Source of the DNA: Malacoraja senta
Taxonomy: Eukaryota
Reading direction: 5' to 3'
Assembly: GCA_038087875.1 (NCBI GenBank)
Contig: CM075990.1
Span: forward strand, 3,412,001-3,476,000
DNA: 64,000 nt
How positions within the stretch are numbered: the first letter of the stretch is position 1; every line of letters begins with the position of its first letter. The position numbers and the translations under genes are program-made. Shown here piece by piece: positions 26,249 through 39,990 of the stretch. The notes below the pieces were generated by a model. The model was given only the letters and a program-made list of their open reading frames with translations, searched no databases and was not told where the DNA came from.

Positions 26249-27235
26249 ATTTGTTGGGCTGGGCTGATGAAAAGGTTATCACATAGTTCTAAACCAGGGA
26301 TGTACTTGAAGAAGCTGTACACTGTGTTCTTGTTGACACTTCTGCGCGTTAGTAAGGATCTAAAAATATAGCGTTCACAGACTCCCAATGTGCGCATGTG
26401 CAAGCCACTTCATTTCCTTTTATAGCACACATAAAATTAGATTGTAAAAATCTATAAAACCTTTCAAATAATTACAAAACAATGCACATTTTTAATATGA
26501 GAGTTTATTATTTGTAAAAATCAGTCATGTAAATATTAAACATAATAGGTAAAAACAATTTCCTACGGTTTCCAATTTTGCAATCATTGACTTCAAGCGA
26601 GATTTTGACTACACAGAGGCTAACTCTAATGTACAAGGATGTTGCCACGACTTGAGAGCCTGAGCTGTAGGGAGAGGTTGAGCAGGCTAGGACTACTCCT
26701 TGGAGCGCAGGAGGCTGAGGGGTGATCTTATAAAGGTGTATAAAACCATGAGGGTATAGATAAGGTGAATGCACGATGAGTTTTACCCAGAGTAGGGGAA
26801 TCAAAGAACCAGAGGGCAAAGGTTGAGGGTGAGAGGGGAAAGATTTATCAGGCTTTTTCACAGAGGGTGGTGGGTACGGGGTATACCAGCCAGAGGAGGT
26901 AATTAATTGAGGCAAGTATGATAAAAGTATATAAAGTCGGGAGGGGATAGCGAGAGTGAATGCATGGTCTTTTTCCTAGAGTAGGGGAATTGAGAACCAG
27001 AGGTCATAGGTTTGAGGTGAGAGTGGAAAGGTTTAATAGGAACCTGAGGGGCAGCTTTTTCACACATCTGGAGAGAAGGCTGCCTGTCCCACTGAGTTAC
27101 TCCAGCATTTCGCGTCTATCTTCGATTTAAACCAGCATCTACAGTTCCTTCCTACACAGAGGTGGTAGTTGAAACAGGTACTAAAACAGCATTTCAAAGA
27201 CATTTGAACAGATACATGGATAGGATAGTTTAAAG

Positions 27236-27302
27236 CGAGGGGTTGGCAACCTATACCCCCCGGGCTGAATGCGGCCCGTAAACTAAAATCATCCGGCCCG
27301 CA
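27236..27302 (+). mobile_element. hAT-Charlie (MER58-like) left terminus fragment
   Basis: aggggttggcaaccta...cccgggctgaatgcggcccg...atccggcccgc resembles hAT-Charlie left ends. No right end was found. Confidence 0.55.
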
Positions 27303-28384
27303 GACCTCCGTCATCTCCGGTACCTCCCGGGCCCGAGGCCGCGGCGCCCAGGCAAGGACACAAGGCGGCCTGCGCTGGCGGCCGTAATGGTGGAGCCACA
27401 GAGCAGCACACATACACACGCGCACCCACACACACATACACACACACACACACACACGGAGCGGAGGGCAGTCGGGGATGGCAGCGGACGCAAGAACAAA
27501 AGGCCAGTAGGAGAGTGAACCGACCTTCCTTCTGCGGCCTCACGGTGGGCTGCGGGAGGCTTCCCTCCCTCCCCGGGCCACAAGGGCTGCAGGCGGACGG
27601 GCAAGGAGAGGGACCATGGTTCACTGGACGATCCAGACGGAGGCGACGGCTGGAGGCCCTGCAGCAGCCTGGGGCTCGCCTGGATCGGGACCCGCTCCAG
27701 GAGACCGGGCGAGCGGACCGGACTGGCCTTTGGAAACGACGCCAAAACCTGGCCTCCGTGGACCGTTTCTACGCACTTTGTACGAATCGGGGATTGTGCT
27801 TAGGTATGGCAATACTTTACCGAACTGCATGTAAGAAAAAGGGTTTCACTGTATGTTTGTACATGTGATAATGAAGAACCAATGTGCCATTGAACCATTC
27901 AGTAGAGGCTGGGGAGATGCTCAGGAAGGTGATGACAAGTCATAGCTGGTCAGAAGCAAAGCTAAAACTCTTACCTTTGTTGAAGCAACCCAGGAGAACA
28001 GGGTGGGGGGAGCAAGAGAAAATATCTCAATCTCACGAGTATTTGGGGAGTGATACGAATTGGCAAGAATTGAGACACTTCACCTCTCTCCGTCTTTCAA
28101 GTGCCCGGAGAACACAGAGTTCTAGGATTGAAGCTTAGATCCAAGCCACCATTCCTGAGCTATCAGTCAGAGCTTTTTAATAAAAGCAGATCTGTTTTGC
28201 TGATTTATATTCAGTGGGGGGAGTGTATGTGCAATGATTCAAGGAGCTAAAGCACTAATTAATGGCTCTAATCTTATCAACAGAGTGTTGTTGCCAGCTG
28301 CCGACCCCACTCCATGTATTCCATCTCACCGCCATCTCGGAGAGCGAGGTAGAGAAAATACGGGTCAAGTGTGCTCATCATCAC

Positions 28385-28775
<391 letters not shown>

Positions 28776-29366
28776 CAAAAGCACGAATGAACGATACTTT
28801 ATTGTTACATGAGACATGTCAGTGATATTCTTTGTTTTGCCTACCCAAGGTATGCAAAGAGTGGCCACAAAAAGGGCACTGACAAAGTTACAAAGTATCC
28901 CATTTTTACACAACCTTCCATCGTGGTCACCCTTCCATTAGGTCTCGGCGGTTCCCCCACGCGCGGTCCTCCTTTGTTCTCAGCAGCGACCCGACGTCCG
29001 GCACCCACGAGGCCCATCCTCACGCGCCAGCCCACCCTCCTCCTCAACCTCGACCGCCGACCCCTTGCTGGACCTCCTCGCCCACCCGACCCCCCCGCCG
29101 GCCCGTGCACATGCGCACGCACAAGATCACACATATTTCATAGAAACATTGACAATAGGTGCAGGAGTAGGCCATTCAGCCCTTCGAACCAGCACCACCA
29201 TTCAATATGATCATGGCTGATCATCGAAAATCAGTACTCCTGCCGCATACACGGATAAACACCCACATATACACCTGCATCTGTCCTTTCTGATCATGGG
29301 TGAAGATGTACCTCCTGATATCATCCAAAATGTCTCCTCATTCTAACAACTATAATTCTAATAATT

Positions 29367-29747
29367 ATAATACCGGAGCTCCCGCAACAACAGCTTCGTC
29401 CGCTGGACTGGAGGGTGGCAGCATCGTCCGCCCCGGGCCGCGGAGTTTGAACCCGCCCGTTCGCTGAGCTCGGATTCGGCCGCGGGACTTACCATCACTC
29501 GGCGGGGGGGCCCAACATCGAAAGCCTGGATCGCCTCAACGCAGAGGGAGAACAAGGAAGGACTTTAAGACTTTTGCCTTCCATCACAGTGAGGAGGTGC
29601 CTGGTAGACTCACTGTGGTGGATGGTAAACTGTGTTCATTGTGTGTTCTGTTATTGTATTCTCTGTCATGACTGCAAGGTACGCAATTTCGTTCAAACTT
29701 AAAAGTTTGAATGACAATAAAGGAAACTTAATGCTTTATACTCTGTA
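29367..29747 (+). mobile_element. GC-rich non-autonomous retroelement with 15-bp TSD
   Basis: ataattctaataatt at 29352-29366 and 29748-29762. The 3' end is aatttcgttcaaacttaaaagtttgaatgacaataaa. Confidence 0.65.
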
Positions 29748-29914
29748 ATAATTCTAATAATTTCTCCTACTTTCTAGTCTCATAGTCTGCATTTGGTTTG
29801 AAATTATGCATTATAATCACCTACAATCTGCAACTTCCAACTTGAAAGGATTGGAGGGGAGTTGAGAATGTGGGACAATAGGCCACAGGGAAAATTCAGT
29901 TTCCTTTCTTTCAG

Positions 29915-30360
29915 TTTAGTCTATTGACTGAGGTACAGTGGAAAGCTTTTGTTGTGTGCTAACTGGTCAGCGGACAATACATGATTATAATCGGGCTGTC
30001 CACAGTGTACATGTAAAGGGAATAACGGGAATAACCTTTACTGCAAGAAATTAGTCCAGTGAAGTCCTATTAAAGGTAGTCTGAGGGTCTCCAATGTGGT
30101 AGATGGGAGCTCAGGTATGGTCTCTAGTTGTTCGTAGGACGGTTCAGTTGCCTGATAACAGCTGGGAAGAAACTGTCCCTGAAGCTGGAGGTGTGCGTTT
30201 TCACAATTCCCTAACTTTTTGCCCGATGGGAGAGGAGGGAGTGTCCAGGGTGAGACTGGTCCTTGATTCTGCTGCCAGTCTTGCCGAGGCAGCGTGAGGT
30301 GTGGATGGAGTCAATGGAAGGGAGGTTGGTTTGTGTGATGGTCTGGGCTACGTCCACAAT
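29915..30360 (-). mobile_element. Rex1/Babar LINE 3' fragment
   Basis: On the minus strand, gacagtttcttcccagctgttatcaggcaactgaac (DSFFPAVIRQLN), then a UTR ending aagctttccactgtacctcag. Confidence 0.75.
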
Positions 30361-30684
30361 TAATGGGGAAGGGGATAGCTTGGTGAGATGGTGTGGGCTT
30401 AATGAGGTGAGATGGCATCCTCCTAGTCATTACAAAGCAATGAAAGCCCCCATTGAAAGGGTTGTTGAACAAATGGTATGGTTCACCTATGGTCTACCAC
30501 CTATCTTCACATTTACTTTCAATATTCTCCAGCCAGAATGTTCCCACCAGCTCCTCAGGCACATGGTCAGTAGAACATGCTCTCACCACAGGACCTCCGC
30601 AAGGTCAGAATTAACAAGCTCACTGGACTGTTGGATCACTCCCAGCTCCCTCGTGTCCAGAGAGCAATACAGATCGCTCTCCTA

Positions 30685-31243
30685 GATATCGGCGAGACCA
30701 AGCGCAGGCTCGGCGATCATTTCCCTGAACACCTCCGCTCAGTCCGCCGAAACCTACCTGATCTCCTGGTTGCCAAACACTTTAACTCTCCCTCCCCCTC
30801 CCATTCCCACACAGACCTTTCTGTCCTGGGCCTCCTCCACTGTCAGAGTGAGGCCCATAGCTAATTGGAGGAACAACACCTCATATTTCGCTTGGGCAGC
30901 TTATACACCAGCGGTATGAACATTGACTTCTCTAACTACAAATAGCCCTTGCTTTCCCTCTCTTTCCATCCCTCCCCCTTCCAGTTCTCTGACTGTCCAC
31001 TTGATAAATTCTGTATGCTTCCTTGCCACCTTCCCCAAGCTAACAATTACCTATGCTACATTTTCCTCAATCTTCATCCCCTTTCATGTCCCATTTTCAC
31101 ACCTTACCCTTCCATATCTCTGTCTCCCTCTCCCCTGACTCTCAGCCTGAAGAAGAGTCTCAAACCTGAAAGGTCACCCATTCCTTCTCTCCAGAGATGC
31201 TGCCTGTCCCGCTGAGTTACTCCAGCATTTTGTGTCTATCTTC
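30685..31243 (+). mobile_element. Penelope-like element 3' end: GIY-YIG endonuclease remnant + pLTR
   Basis: IGETKRRLGDHFPEHLRSV..VAKHFNS..DLSVLGL..LEEQHLIFRLGSL..GMNIDF with an internal stop, then the pLTR ending tgtgtctatcttc. Confidence 0.85.
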
Positions 31244-31510
31244 AGATGCTATTAAATCTGTACCCTGCTCTATCCCATCCGATATGCCCAATCTTGCGCT
31301 TAGCTGGAGATGTTGGAGTGGAGATGGAACCATCTCCGTCTCTGTTGAAGATTGCAGCAATGGGAACCTGGTGAGTCTCTCATCTCAGCGTGGAGTCCAG
31401 GGCGGTCAGGCGAAGTCATTTATACCAACACTATTGATGGAAATATTCATAGAAATTGTTGGCGCATTCATCAGGCGGCACGGTGGCGCAGCGGTAAATT
31501 TGCTGCCTTA

Positions 31511-31971
31511 AGGGCCTGTCCCTCTTGGCCGTCATTTGCGCCTCATTTACGCGTTATATGCAAATTAGGTCGACGTGTCGTGATGCGTGGGGCGCGCATG
31601 CGTTGTGCATGGTGAGGCGTGGGATCGTATGCAGTATCGCGCGGCGCTCCAGAATTTAGTACAGGAACGAAATCCTCGCGCGCCACCTGCGCACACTGCA
31701 CCCGTGCCACGTACGCACGCTGACGCATTGGCGTCGTACGCTGGCATCCCGACGTCTCACGTGTATCGCTTGGTGATGCATGGTTACGTCACCGTGCGTC
31801 AACATCCTTACGTCCTGCCGCGCACCGCAGGGTATTCTAATGACGTCACGCGCACCAGACGGCTGTGCTGACGCGTGATTTGCGCGCGATGTCGCGCATC
31901 ACGACGCGTCGACCTATTTTACATATGACACGTAAATGAGGCGCAAATGACGGCCAAGTGGGACAGGCCCT
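31511..31971. mobile_element. PIF/Harbinger-like MITE (subfamily C, CpG-rich) nested in a V-SINE head
   Basis: The host gctgcc|tta...tca|cagtgccagaga is split. About 75-bp TIRs AGGGCCTGTCCC.CTTGGCCGTCATTTGCGCCTCATTTAC. Confidence 0.85.
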
Positions 31972-32317
31972 TCACAGTGCCAGAGATCCAGCTTCGATTC
32001 TGACTATGGGCACCGCCTGACGCAGTTTGTACTTTTTCCCTGTGACTCCGAGGGTTTCGGTCTGAAACCACACCTATTCCTTTTCTCCGGAGATGCTACC
32101 TGATCCACTGAGTTATTCCAGCATTTTGTGTATATCCCTATTAAGAAGAAATAGTTATAGTCATAGAGAGAAACAGTGTGGAAACAGGCCCTTCGGCCCA
32201 ACTTTCCCACACTGGTCAACATGTCCCAGCTACACTAGTCCCACCTGCATGCAGTTGGCCCATATTCCCCCAAACCTGTCCCATCCATGTACCTGTCTCT
32301 TTCTTACACGTTGGGAT

Positions 32318-32744
32318 CAGGCACGTGCCGTCAGTGTAGGCAAGGTAGGCAGTGACTACCCTGACTAAAATTATAAAAAGGTAGTTATTAAATATAAATA
32401 GTAAAGATTCCCAATTCATTTACTAAATTTCAGCATTTATTATTAAATGGTTATCATTTTAATAATCGATCTTAGGTAGGCATAATTCTCCCGTGCCGTT
32501 CCTCCGCAGTACGTGTAATACGCATAACTATGTTCAACTCACGTGCCGTGGACGCTGCTTCAAACCTTCACTGACAACGGGCAATAAAGGCAGCCGAAAC
32601 TCTGCCTTTGGAAGGTGCTGCGCATGCCCACAGGAGAGGAGACCGATCTGCGCAAGCGCGGTTTTCACGATTTTCTGCGCATGCGCGGATTTTTACTATT
32701 TTTAATAGTCGACTGACTGCCAAATTACTCACGGCACATGCCTG
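32318..32744. mobile_element. hAT-type MITE
   Basis: TIRs CAGGCACGTGCCGTCAGT / ACTCACGGCACATGCCTG. Perfect 8-bp TSD gttgggat at 32310-32317 and 32745-32752. Confidence 0.88.
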
Positions 32745-32752
32745 GTTGGGAT

Positions 32753-33075
32753 AGTCCCTGCCTCAACTACATCCTCCGGCAGATCGTTCCATACACCCAC
32801 CATCCTTTGTGTGAAAAGGTTACCCCTCAGATTCCTATTAAATAATTTCCCCTTCACCTTAAACCTACGTCCTATTGTCCTCAATTCCCCAACTCTGGGC
32901 AAGAGACTCTGTGCATCTACCCGATCTATTCCTCTCATGATTTTATACACCTCTATGAGATCACCCCTCATCCTCCTGTTCTTCATTGAATAGAGTCCCA
33001 GCCTACTCAACCTCTCCCTATAGCTCAGACCCTCTAGCCGTGGCAACATCCTCGTAAATCTTCTTTGTATCCTTC
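32753..33075 (-). mobile_element. CR1 ORF2 C-terminal fragment
   Basis: MLPRLEGLSYRERLSRLGLYS..RRMRGDLIEVYKIMRGIDRVD..FTQRMVGVWNDLPE. The 3' part continues at about 32160-32317. Confidence 0.88.
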
Positions 33076-33384
33076 CATAGAAACATAGAACATAGGTGCA
33101 GGATTAGGCCATTCGGCCCTTCGATCCAGCACCGCCTTTCAGTATAATCATGGCTGATCGTTGAAAATCAGTCTGAAGAAGGGTTTTGACCCGAAACGTT
33201 GCCTATTTCCTTCGCTCCATAGATGCTGCCTCACCCGCTCCAAAGTTTCCCCAGCATCTTTGTCTACCATTGAAAATCAGTACCCCGTTTCTGCTTTCTC
33301 CCAATATCCCTTGATTCCGTTCACCGTCAGGGCCATATCTAACTCTCTCTTAAAAACATCCAGTGAATTGGCCTCCTCATATCA

Positions 33385-33712
33385 GTCCTAAATGGCCTGC
33401 CCCTTATTTTTAAACTGTGACCCCTGGTTATGGACTCCCTCAACATCGGGAATATTTTTCCTGCATCTAGCCTCTCCTATCCCTTATGCATCTTATCTGT
33501 TTCTATAAGATCCCCTCTCATTCTTCCAAATTCCAGTGAATATAAGCCCAGCTTGACACCATTTTTCCTATAACATGGTGGCCAGAACTGAACACAATAT
33601 TCTAAATGCAGTCTCACCAAATTCTTATACGACTGCAACATGACCTCCCAACTTCTAAACTCAATACTCTGACTGATGGAGGCCAACGTGCCAAATGCCT
33701 TTATAACCACTT
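33385..33712 (-). mobile_element. CR1 ORF2 fragments
   Basis: KAFGTLASISQSIEFRSWEVMLQSYKNLVRLHLEYCVQFWPP. Confidence 0.85.
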
Positions 33713-34617
33713 CTTGATCATCCTTGTAAATCTTCTCTGCCCCTTTCTAGCCTGCTATAATCTTATTTTTGTGTGCAATCTTACCGATACAAATTTACTG
33801 AAATGTACTTCCTCACTGGACATTGAAAGCAAATATTCAGCAGACTTGCAAACTTTCTCCTCATGAAAATGAATGCAATTATATAAATGTGAGCGTTAAT
33901 CTAAACTATATTAACACAACATAAAGTATAGGGCTTTAACTATATTAACACAATTATAACACTGTAGTGATAATAATGTTATTATACAAATGGAGGTATT
34001 AATGTAACTGTCCCTCCATAATCACAGTAATGTAACAAACTATAATAACACAATCATATTACTGAACCATAATGTTAATTATACAGTTGTGACTATACAA
34101 CATCTTAACTATATTAATGAAATTAAAGAAGCAATGTGAAATGTAATTATAATTGTGTAACCAGGTTATGATATGTGCTGACAAGATTTAGTAGTGCGTG
34201 GATTTTCAGAATGGCGCTGGTTCAAGTACCAGGGAGCACAGGAATAAAAATGACCAAGTTAAAAGAGTAAGAAGGGGAGGTCATCTGGAACTGCCTAGCC
34301 AAAGACTGCAGGACATGCGGAATAAGTCACGCAGCTATTGAAGCCGACAGAACAAATGCATTTAAGATGCAGTCAGATGCAGTTGCGGAAGAGACGGGGG
34401 TTATGGTGAGAAGACAGGAAGGCTTAGATCAATCAAACTTCGTTTACTTTGGTTTAGTCTAACCATCCAGCGAAAAGACATTACATGATTGTAATTGAGC
34501 CTTCCACAGTGTACAGATATGGGATAAAGGGAATAACACGAATAACGTTTAGAGTAAGATAAAGTCCAGTAGAGTCCGGTCAAAGCTAGTCGAGGGTCTC
34601 CAATGAGGTAGATAGTA

Positions 34618-34935
34618 GTTTGGTTTAGTTTGGTTTAGTTTAGGGATACAGCGTGCAAACAGGCCCTTCGGCCCACCGAGTCCGCGCCAACCAGCGATCC
34701 CCGCACACTAACACTACCCTACACACACTCGGGACAATTTCACATTTTACATACCTAGCCAATTAACCTACAAACCCGCACACCTTTGGAGTATGGGGGA
34801 AATCCAAAGATCTCGGAGAAAAGACCACGCGGTCACGGGGAGAGAAGGTACAAACTCCGTACAGGCAGCAGCCGTAGTCGGGTTCGAACCCAGGCCTCTG
34901 GCGCTGTAAGGCAGCAACTATACCACTGCGCCACC
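34618..34935 (-). mobile_element. V-SINE (HE1-like)
   Basis: A box tggcgcagtggt and B box ggttcgaacc on the minus strand; (tttag)n tail on +. Confidence 0.88.
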
Positions 34936-36949
34936 AATTTAACACCAATCTCACCGCTTCAATATGACATGTCAGTACCAGCAAGCAAAGGTAACTAACT
35001 ATAATAATGTAATTAGATGAGCAGAATTAGATTATATTAACAAAATGGAATGCAGATGTAATGGAACCATTTATATATCATTGTATGCATATATCGTTAC
35101 AAATATATTGAAGCAATTATCTAAATCTAACAATCTTTCTATAATTATATTACTAAACAAATAAGCCCTACTGTTTATAAAACATCAGTATTAATGCAGA
35201 GAAAATATGGGGACATAAGTAATTATTGCAATGTTCTGTATGTTAATATAACTATATTACCATATTTAAGGCACACTTATGGTATGGGAACATATTCATT
35301 GTTACAATGTAAATTTGACAATTTAAATGAGACCACACCACCAAAGCTGTAGCTAAGATTCATCACTGATTAATGGAACTTTATAAATGCAGTTAACAAT
35401 ATTAGTCATTTTTATTCATTGAATTTATTATATTATAATAGCTATTAGCTAATATTATTACAATGAATTAAATATTTCTTCCGAGTATGATATACTTGTA
35501 ATATATCAAATGATATTACTGCTGTGTTAGCTGAGTGTCTGCATTGCCCACGAACAGAAAGCAAGTGTACAAATATGTAGCGCCGTTACTAACTAAATAG
35601 ATTATTTTTCTCTCCTTTTCGTGCCTCTGACAGATAATTCAAGATCAAGCACCCCAGAAACAGGCCCTTCGGCCCACCAAGGCCATGCCAGCATCCATTT
35701 TATTCCAAGCCTTTACTAATTCCAATATTATTCTCAGCACGGTGGCACAGCGATAGAGTTGCTGCCTCACAGCGCCAGAGACCCGGGTTCGATCCTGACT
35801 ACGGGGCGCTGTCTGTGTGGAGTTTGAACATTCTCCCCGTGACCTGCGTGGGTTTTCTCCAGGTGCTCCGGTTTCAGGACACAGGTTTAAGGTGAGAGAG
35901 GAAAGATTTAATAGGAATCCCAGGGGTAACCTTTTCACACAAAGGGTGGTGGGTGTATGGCACGAGCTGCCAGAGGAGTTGAGGCAGGGACTACCACAAT
36001 ATTTAACAAACATCTGGACAGGTACATGGATAGGACAGATTTAGAGGGATATGGGCCAAATGCAGGCAGGTGGGGCATGTTGGGCAGTGTGGGCAAGTTG
36101 GGCCGAAGGGCCTGTTTCCACACTGTATGACTCTAGGACTATGTGGATGGAATCCCAGAGGAGACCCACATGGTCACAGGGAGAACGTGCAAACTCCACG
36201 GAAACAGAAGCGATGGTCAGGATTGATCCTGGCTTTTCTGGCGCTGGAGGGCAGCAGCTCTACCAGCTGCTCCACTGTGCCACCATCCATCATGGAACTC
36301 ACCACACAAGACAGGCTGACAGTGGCAGGGAATTGTTGCTGATTGTTTCTTGGGTACAGTGGTACAAGAGAGGCAAAGGAGAGGAGGGGGAGGGAAGATT
36401 TGGCCCAGGAAACATTTAGACGGGTACAAGGATGGGACAGGTTTGGAGGGATATGGGCCAAACACAGGCAAGTGGGACTAGTGTAGCTGCGACATGTTGG
36501 CTAGTATGGGCAAGTTGGGCCGAAGGGCCTGTTTCCACGCTGTATCACCCTGACATGCATCAAGCAGGTGTGAAAAATATACAAAACCAACCAATAGCTG
36601 ATACAAGAAATCTGAAATCAAATCGAAAAATACTGGAAATTGTCCACAGATCAGTGCGGAGAAAGGAACAGATTCTTAGCTCATGTCATTTATTCGCAGC
36701 ATCGTGCTGTTGATAGAACATTCAGCCAAGCTGATGATTCTATTTCTCCACAGAGACTGCCTCACCTGCTGAGTAGTTGTAGCATTTTCAGGTTAAAGAC
36801 ACACACAATGAAGGTAAGGTCCCATTTCCTATGGCTAACCGGAATATCAACATCAAACCGTAGTGTGCTGTGTCGAGCAGCTGACTCAGTCTTTCAGCTC
36901 AGCTGGGTATATCTGGCGGTAAGGCCACCATGTGAGGCATCTCACAGAT

Positions 36950-37480
36950 GCACACACATGAACGCGTACACATGCACACGTGCACACACGCAAACACATA
37001 CGCACATGCACACACACATGCGCGCACACACACACATACGCGCACACACACACATGCACGCACACACATACAAATGCATGCACACACACATGCACGCACG
37101 CGCGCACACACACTCACATACATGCGGGCACACACACGCACTAGCACGCATGAACATTCAAATGCAAAGCAATTCTAATACACCTGCACATAGAGAGACA
37201 CCACACACACACACACACACTCATACTCACACACACACACCACACACACACACTCACACGCACACACTCACACACTCACACACACACACTCACACACACG
37301 CACCACACACTCACACACACAGACACCACACACTCACAGAGCCACACCACACACTCACACACAGAGACAACGCACACTCACACATCGACACACCACACAC
37401 TCACACAGAGAGACACACCACACACTCACAAACATAAACAGAGACACAGATGCACGCCGACAAACACATACACACAAACA
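36950..37480. repeat. Degenerate (CA)n microsatellite
   Basis: Direct observation. Confidence 0.92.
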
Positions 37481-38482
37481 GATGAGCCAAGGAATGGCAA
37501 ATAGAATGTAACCCTGCAGTGAGAGGTGTTGCACTTTGGGCTGTTGAACCAGAGCAGTGCTTGTACAGTATGTGGCACAGTCCTAATCACAGCTGAGTAA
37601 TGCAGGACACAGATATCTGGGAGTGCAGATGTATTTTGGAATAACATAGAATCGTTGCTCAGTGCGGACTCGGTGGGCTGGGGTCCTGTTTCCAGGCTGT
37701 ATCTCTAAACTACACTAAACTAAAATATGTTTTTTATGTAAGGAGAACATAACTTTGTGCAGTACTCCTTGTGTGGCCGGACTAATTCCTTGCACACTTC
37801 TTTGTTCTCAATGTTCAAAAGTTCATAACTTTTTCACACTGAGAGTTGTGAGTCCGTGGAATTCTTTGCCTCAGAAGGCGGTGGACGCCGGTTCTCTGGA
37901 TGCTTTCAAGAGAGAGTTAGATAGAGCTCTTAAAGATATGGGACAAAGGATACAACATTTAGTGCAAAGATATAACAGAAGGCTGTAGAGCCAAGTCAAT
38001 GGATATTTTTAAGGTGGAGACGGACAGATTCTTGATTAGTACGGGCGTCAGGGGATATGGGGAGAAGGCAGGAACGGGGTACTGATTGTGGATACTCAGC
38101 CATGATCACATTGAATGGCAGTGATCGCTCGAAGGGCCGAATGGCCTACCCCTGCACCTATTGTCTATTGCCTATTGTCTATTATAGGAACAGAATTAGG
38201 CCAATCGGCCCATCAAGTCTACTCTGCCAATCAATCATGGCTGATCTATCTCTCCCTCCAAACCCCATTCTCCTGCCTTCTCCCCATAACCCCTGACACC
38301 CGTACTAATCAAGAATCTGTCCGTCTCCACCTTAAAAATATCCATTGACTTGGCCTCTACAGCCTTCTGTTATATCTTTGCACTAAATGTTGTATCCTTT
38401 GTCCCATATCTTTGCACTGTGGGCAGCTTGATTGTATTCATATGTCGTCCCTTTTTTTGACTGAATAGATTAGTTTAGTTTC

Positions 38483-38878
38483 AGCCCCTGTCCCACTGTA
38501 GGCAATTTTTTCGGCGACTACAGGCAACTAAGCTGTTTTCACATGGTCTTGGGGTGACGCCTGTATGGCCGTGAGTCGTCTCCTCAAGTCGCCTAAAGAG
38601 TCGGAACGTTTTTCTGGTCGCCGCTGGATTTTGAAATGTTCAAAACCTTTCGGAGACTGTGGGCTTGACGTAGCTTGTCTTCTCCTGTCGTAGGTGCTGC
38701 CGTAGGTTGTCGCCAGGATGACGCAGGTTGTCGCCAGGATGACGCAGGTTATCGCCAGGTGCTGACCGGTGAATTCCATTGGCGACGACCTACTTCAACC
38801 TACGTCAACCGGTGACCTGTTACAACTGTGACAGTCACCGGCAGTCGCTGAAAAAATCGCCTATGTGGGACAGGCCCT
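38483..38878. mobile_element. PIF/Harbinger-like MITE (related to subfamily A)
   Basis: AGCCCCTGTCCCAC...GTGGGACAGGCCCT|tta, with an internal tandem ggttgtcgccaggatgacgca repeat. Inserted in a (tttag)n tail. Confidence 0.75.
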
Positions 38879-38949
38879 TTAGTTTATTGGCACCGAGGCA
38901 TAGTGAAAAGCTTTTGTTGCCTACTAACCAGCCAGCAGAATGACTATAC

Positions 38950-39270
38950 ATTTAGTTTTAGTTTAGTTTAGGGATACAGCGTGGAAACAGGCCCTTCGGC
39001 CCACTGGAATGCGCCGACCAGCGATCCCCGCATATTAACACTGACCTACACCCACTAGGGACAATTTTTTACATTTACCAAGCCAATTAACCTACAAACC
39101 TGTACGTCTCAGGAGTGTGGGAGAAAGCGAAGATCTCGGAGAAAACCCACGCAGGTCACGGGGGCAAGGTACAAACTTCGTACAGGCAGGAGCCGTTGGC
39201 CGGTTCGAACTCCGGGTCTCCGGCGCTCTGCATTCGCTGTAAAGCAGCAACTCTACCGCTGCGCCACTGT
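38950..39270 (-). mobile_element. V-SINE (HE1-like)
   Basis: Head gtggcgcagcggtagagttgc on the minus strand, central domain and tail. Confidence 0.85.
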
Positions 39271-39665
39271 TCGATTACAATCGAACCATCCACAGTGTAC
39301 AGAACATGAGAAGGGAAAACGGGAATAGTCCGAGGGTCTCCAATGAGGTAGATGATAACCACTCTCTAGTTGTTTGTAGGACAGTTCAGTTACCTGATAA
39401 CAGCTGGGAAGAAACTGTCCCTGAATCTGGAGGTGTGCGTTTTCACACTTCTGTAACCTCTTGCCTGATGGGAGAGGGGAGAGGAGGGAGTGGCCTGGTT
39501 TCGACATCCTTGATTATGCTGCTGGTTTGCCGAGGCAGGTGAGGTATAAATGGTGTCAACGGAAGGGAGGTTGGTTTGTGTGATGGTCTGAGCAGCCTTC
39601 ACAATTCTCTGCAATTTCTTGGGGTCTTGGATGGAGCTGTTCCCAAACCATGCTGTGTGACATCC
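39270..39665 (-). mobile_element. Rex1/Babar LINE 3' fragment
   Basis: CHTAWFGNSSIQDPKKLQRIVKAAQTITQTNLPSVDTIY...RFRDSFFPAVIR. Confidence 0.85.
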
Positions 39666-39671
39666 GATATC

Positions 39672-39990
39672 GGGCGGCACGGTGGCATAACAGTAGAGTT
39701 GCTGCCCCACAGCGCCAGAGACCTGAGTTCGATCCTGACAACGGGTGCTGCCTGTACGGAGTTTGTACGTTCTCCCCGTGACCGCGTTGGTTTTTCTCCG
39801 GGATCTGCGGGATTTCCCTCCCACACTCCGAAGACGTACAGATTAGTAGGTTAATTGGCTTGGTATAATTGTAAAAATTGTCCCTAGTGTGTGTAGGATA
39901 GTGTTAGTGTGCGGGGAATGCTGGTCGGCGCGGACTCGATCGGCCGAAGGGTCTGTTTCCACACTGTATCTCTAAACTAAAGTGAACTAA
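39672..39990 (+). mobile_element. V-SINE (HE1-like), full length
   Basis: gggcggcacggtggca..., B box agttcgatcc, central domain, tail gtatctctaaactaaa. Confidence 0.9.

Noticed and set aside
27960..28140. Possible minus-strand exon ending at a GTAAG donor (also a GTGAGT donor near 31371)
   Set aside because: Isolated splice-like motifs with no matching acceptor, no recognisable protein and no neighbouring exons.
38700..38765. Short direct repeats resembling a CRISPR array
   Set aside because: Tandem units without unique spacers inside a MITE, in eukaryotic DNA with no cas genes.
39672..39745. tRNA genes at SINE heads
   Set aside because: A and B boxes are present, but each continues into the V-SINE body and CR1-like tail, and no complete cloverleaf is visible.
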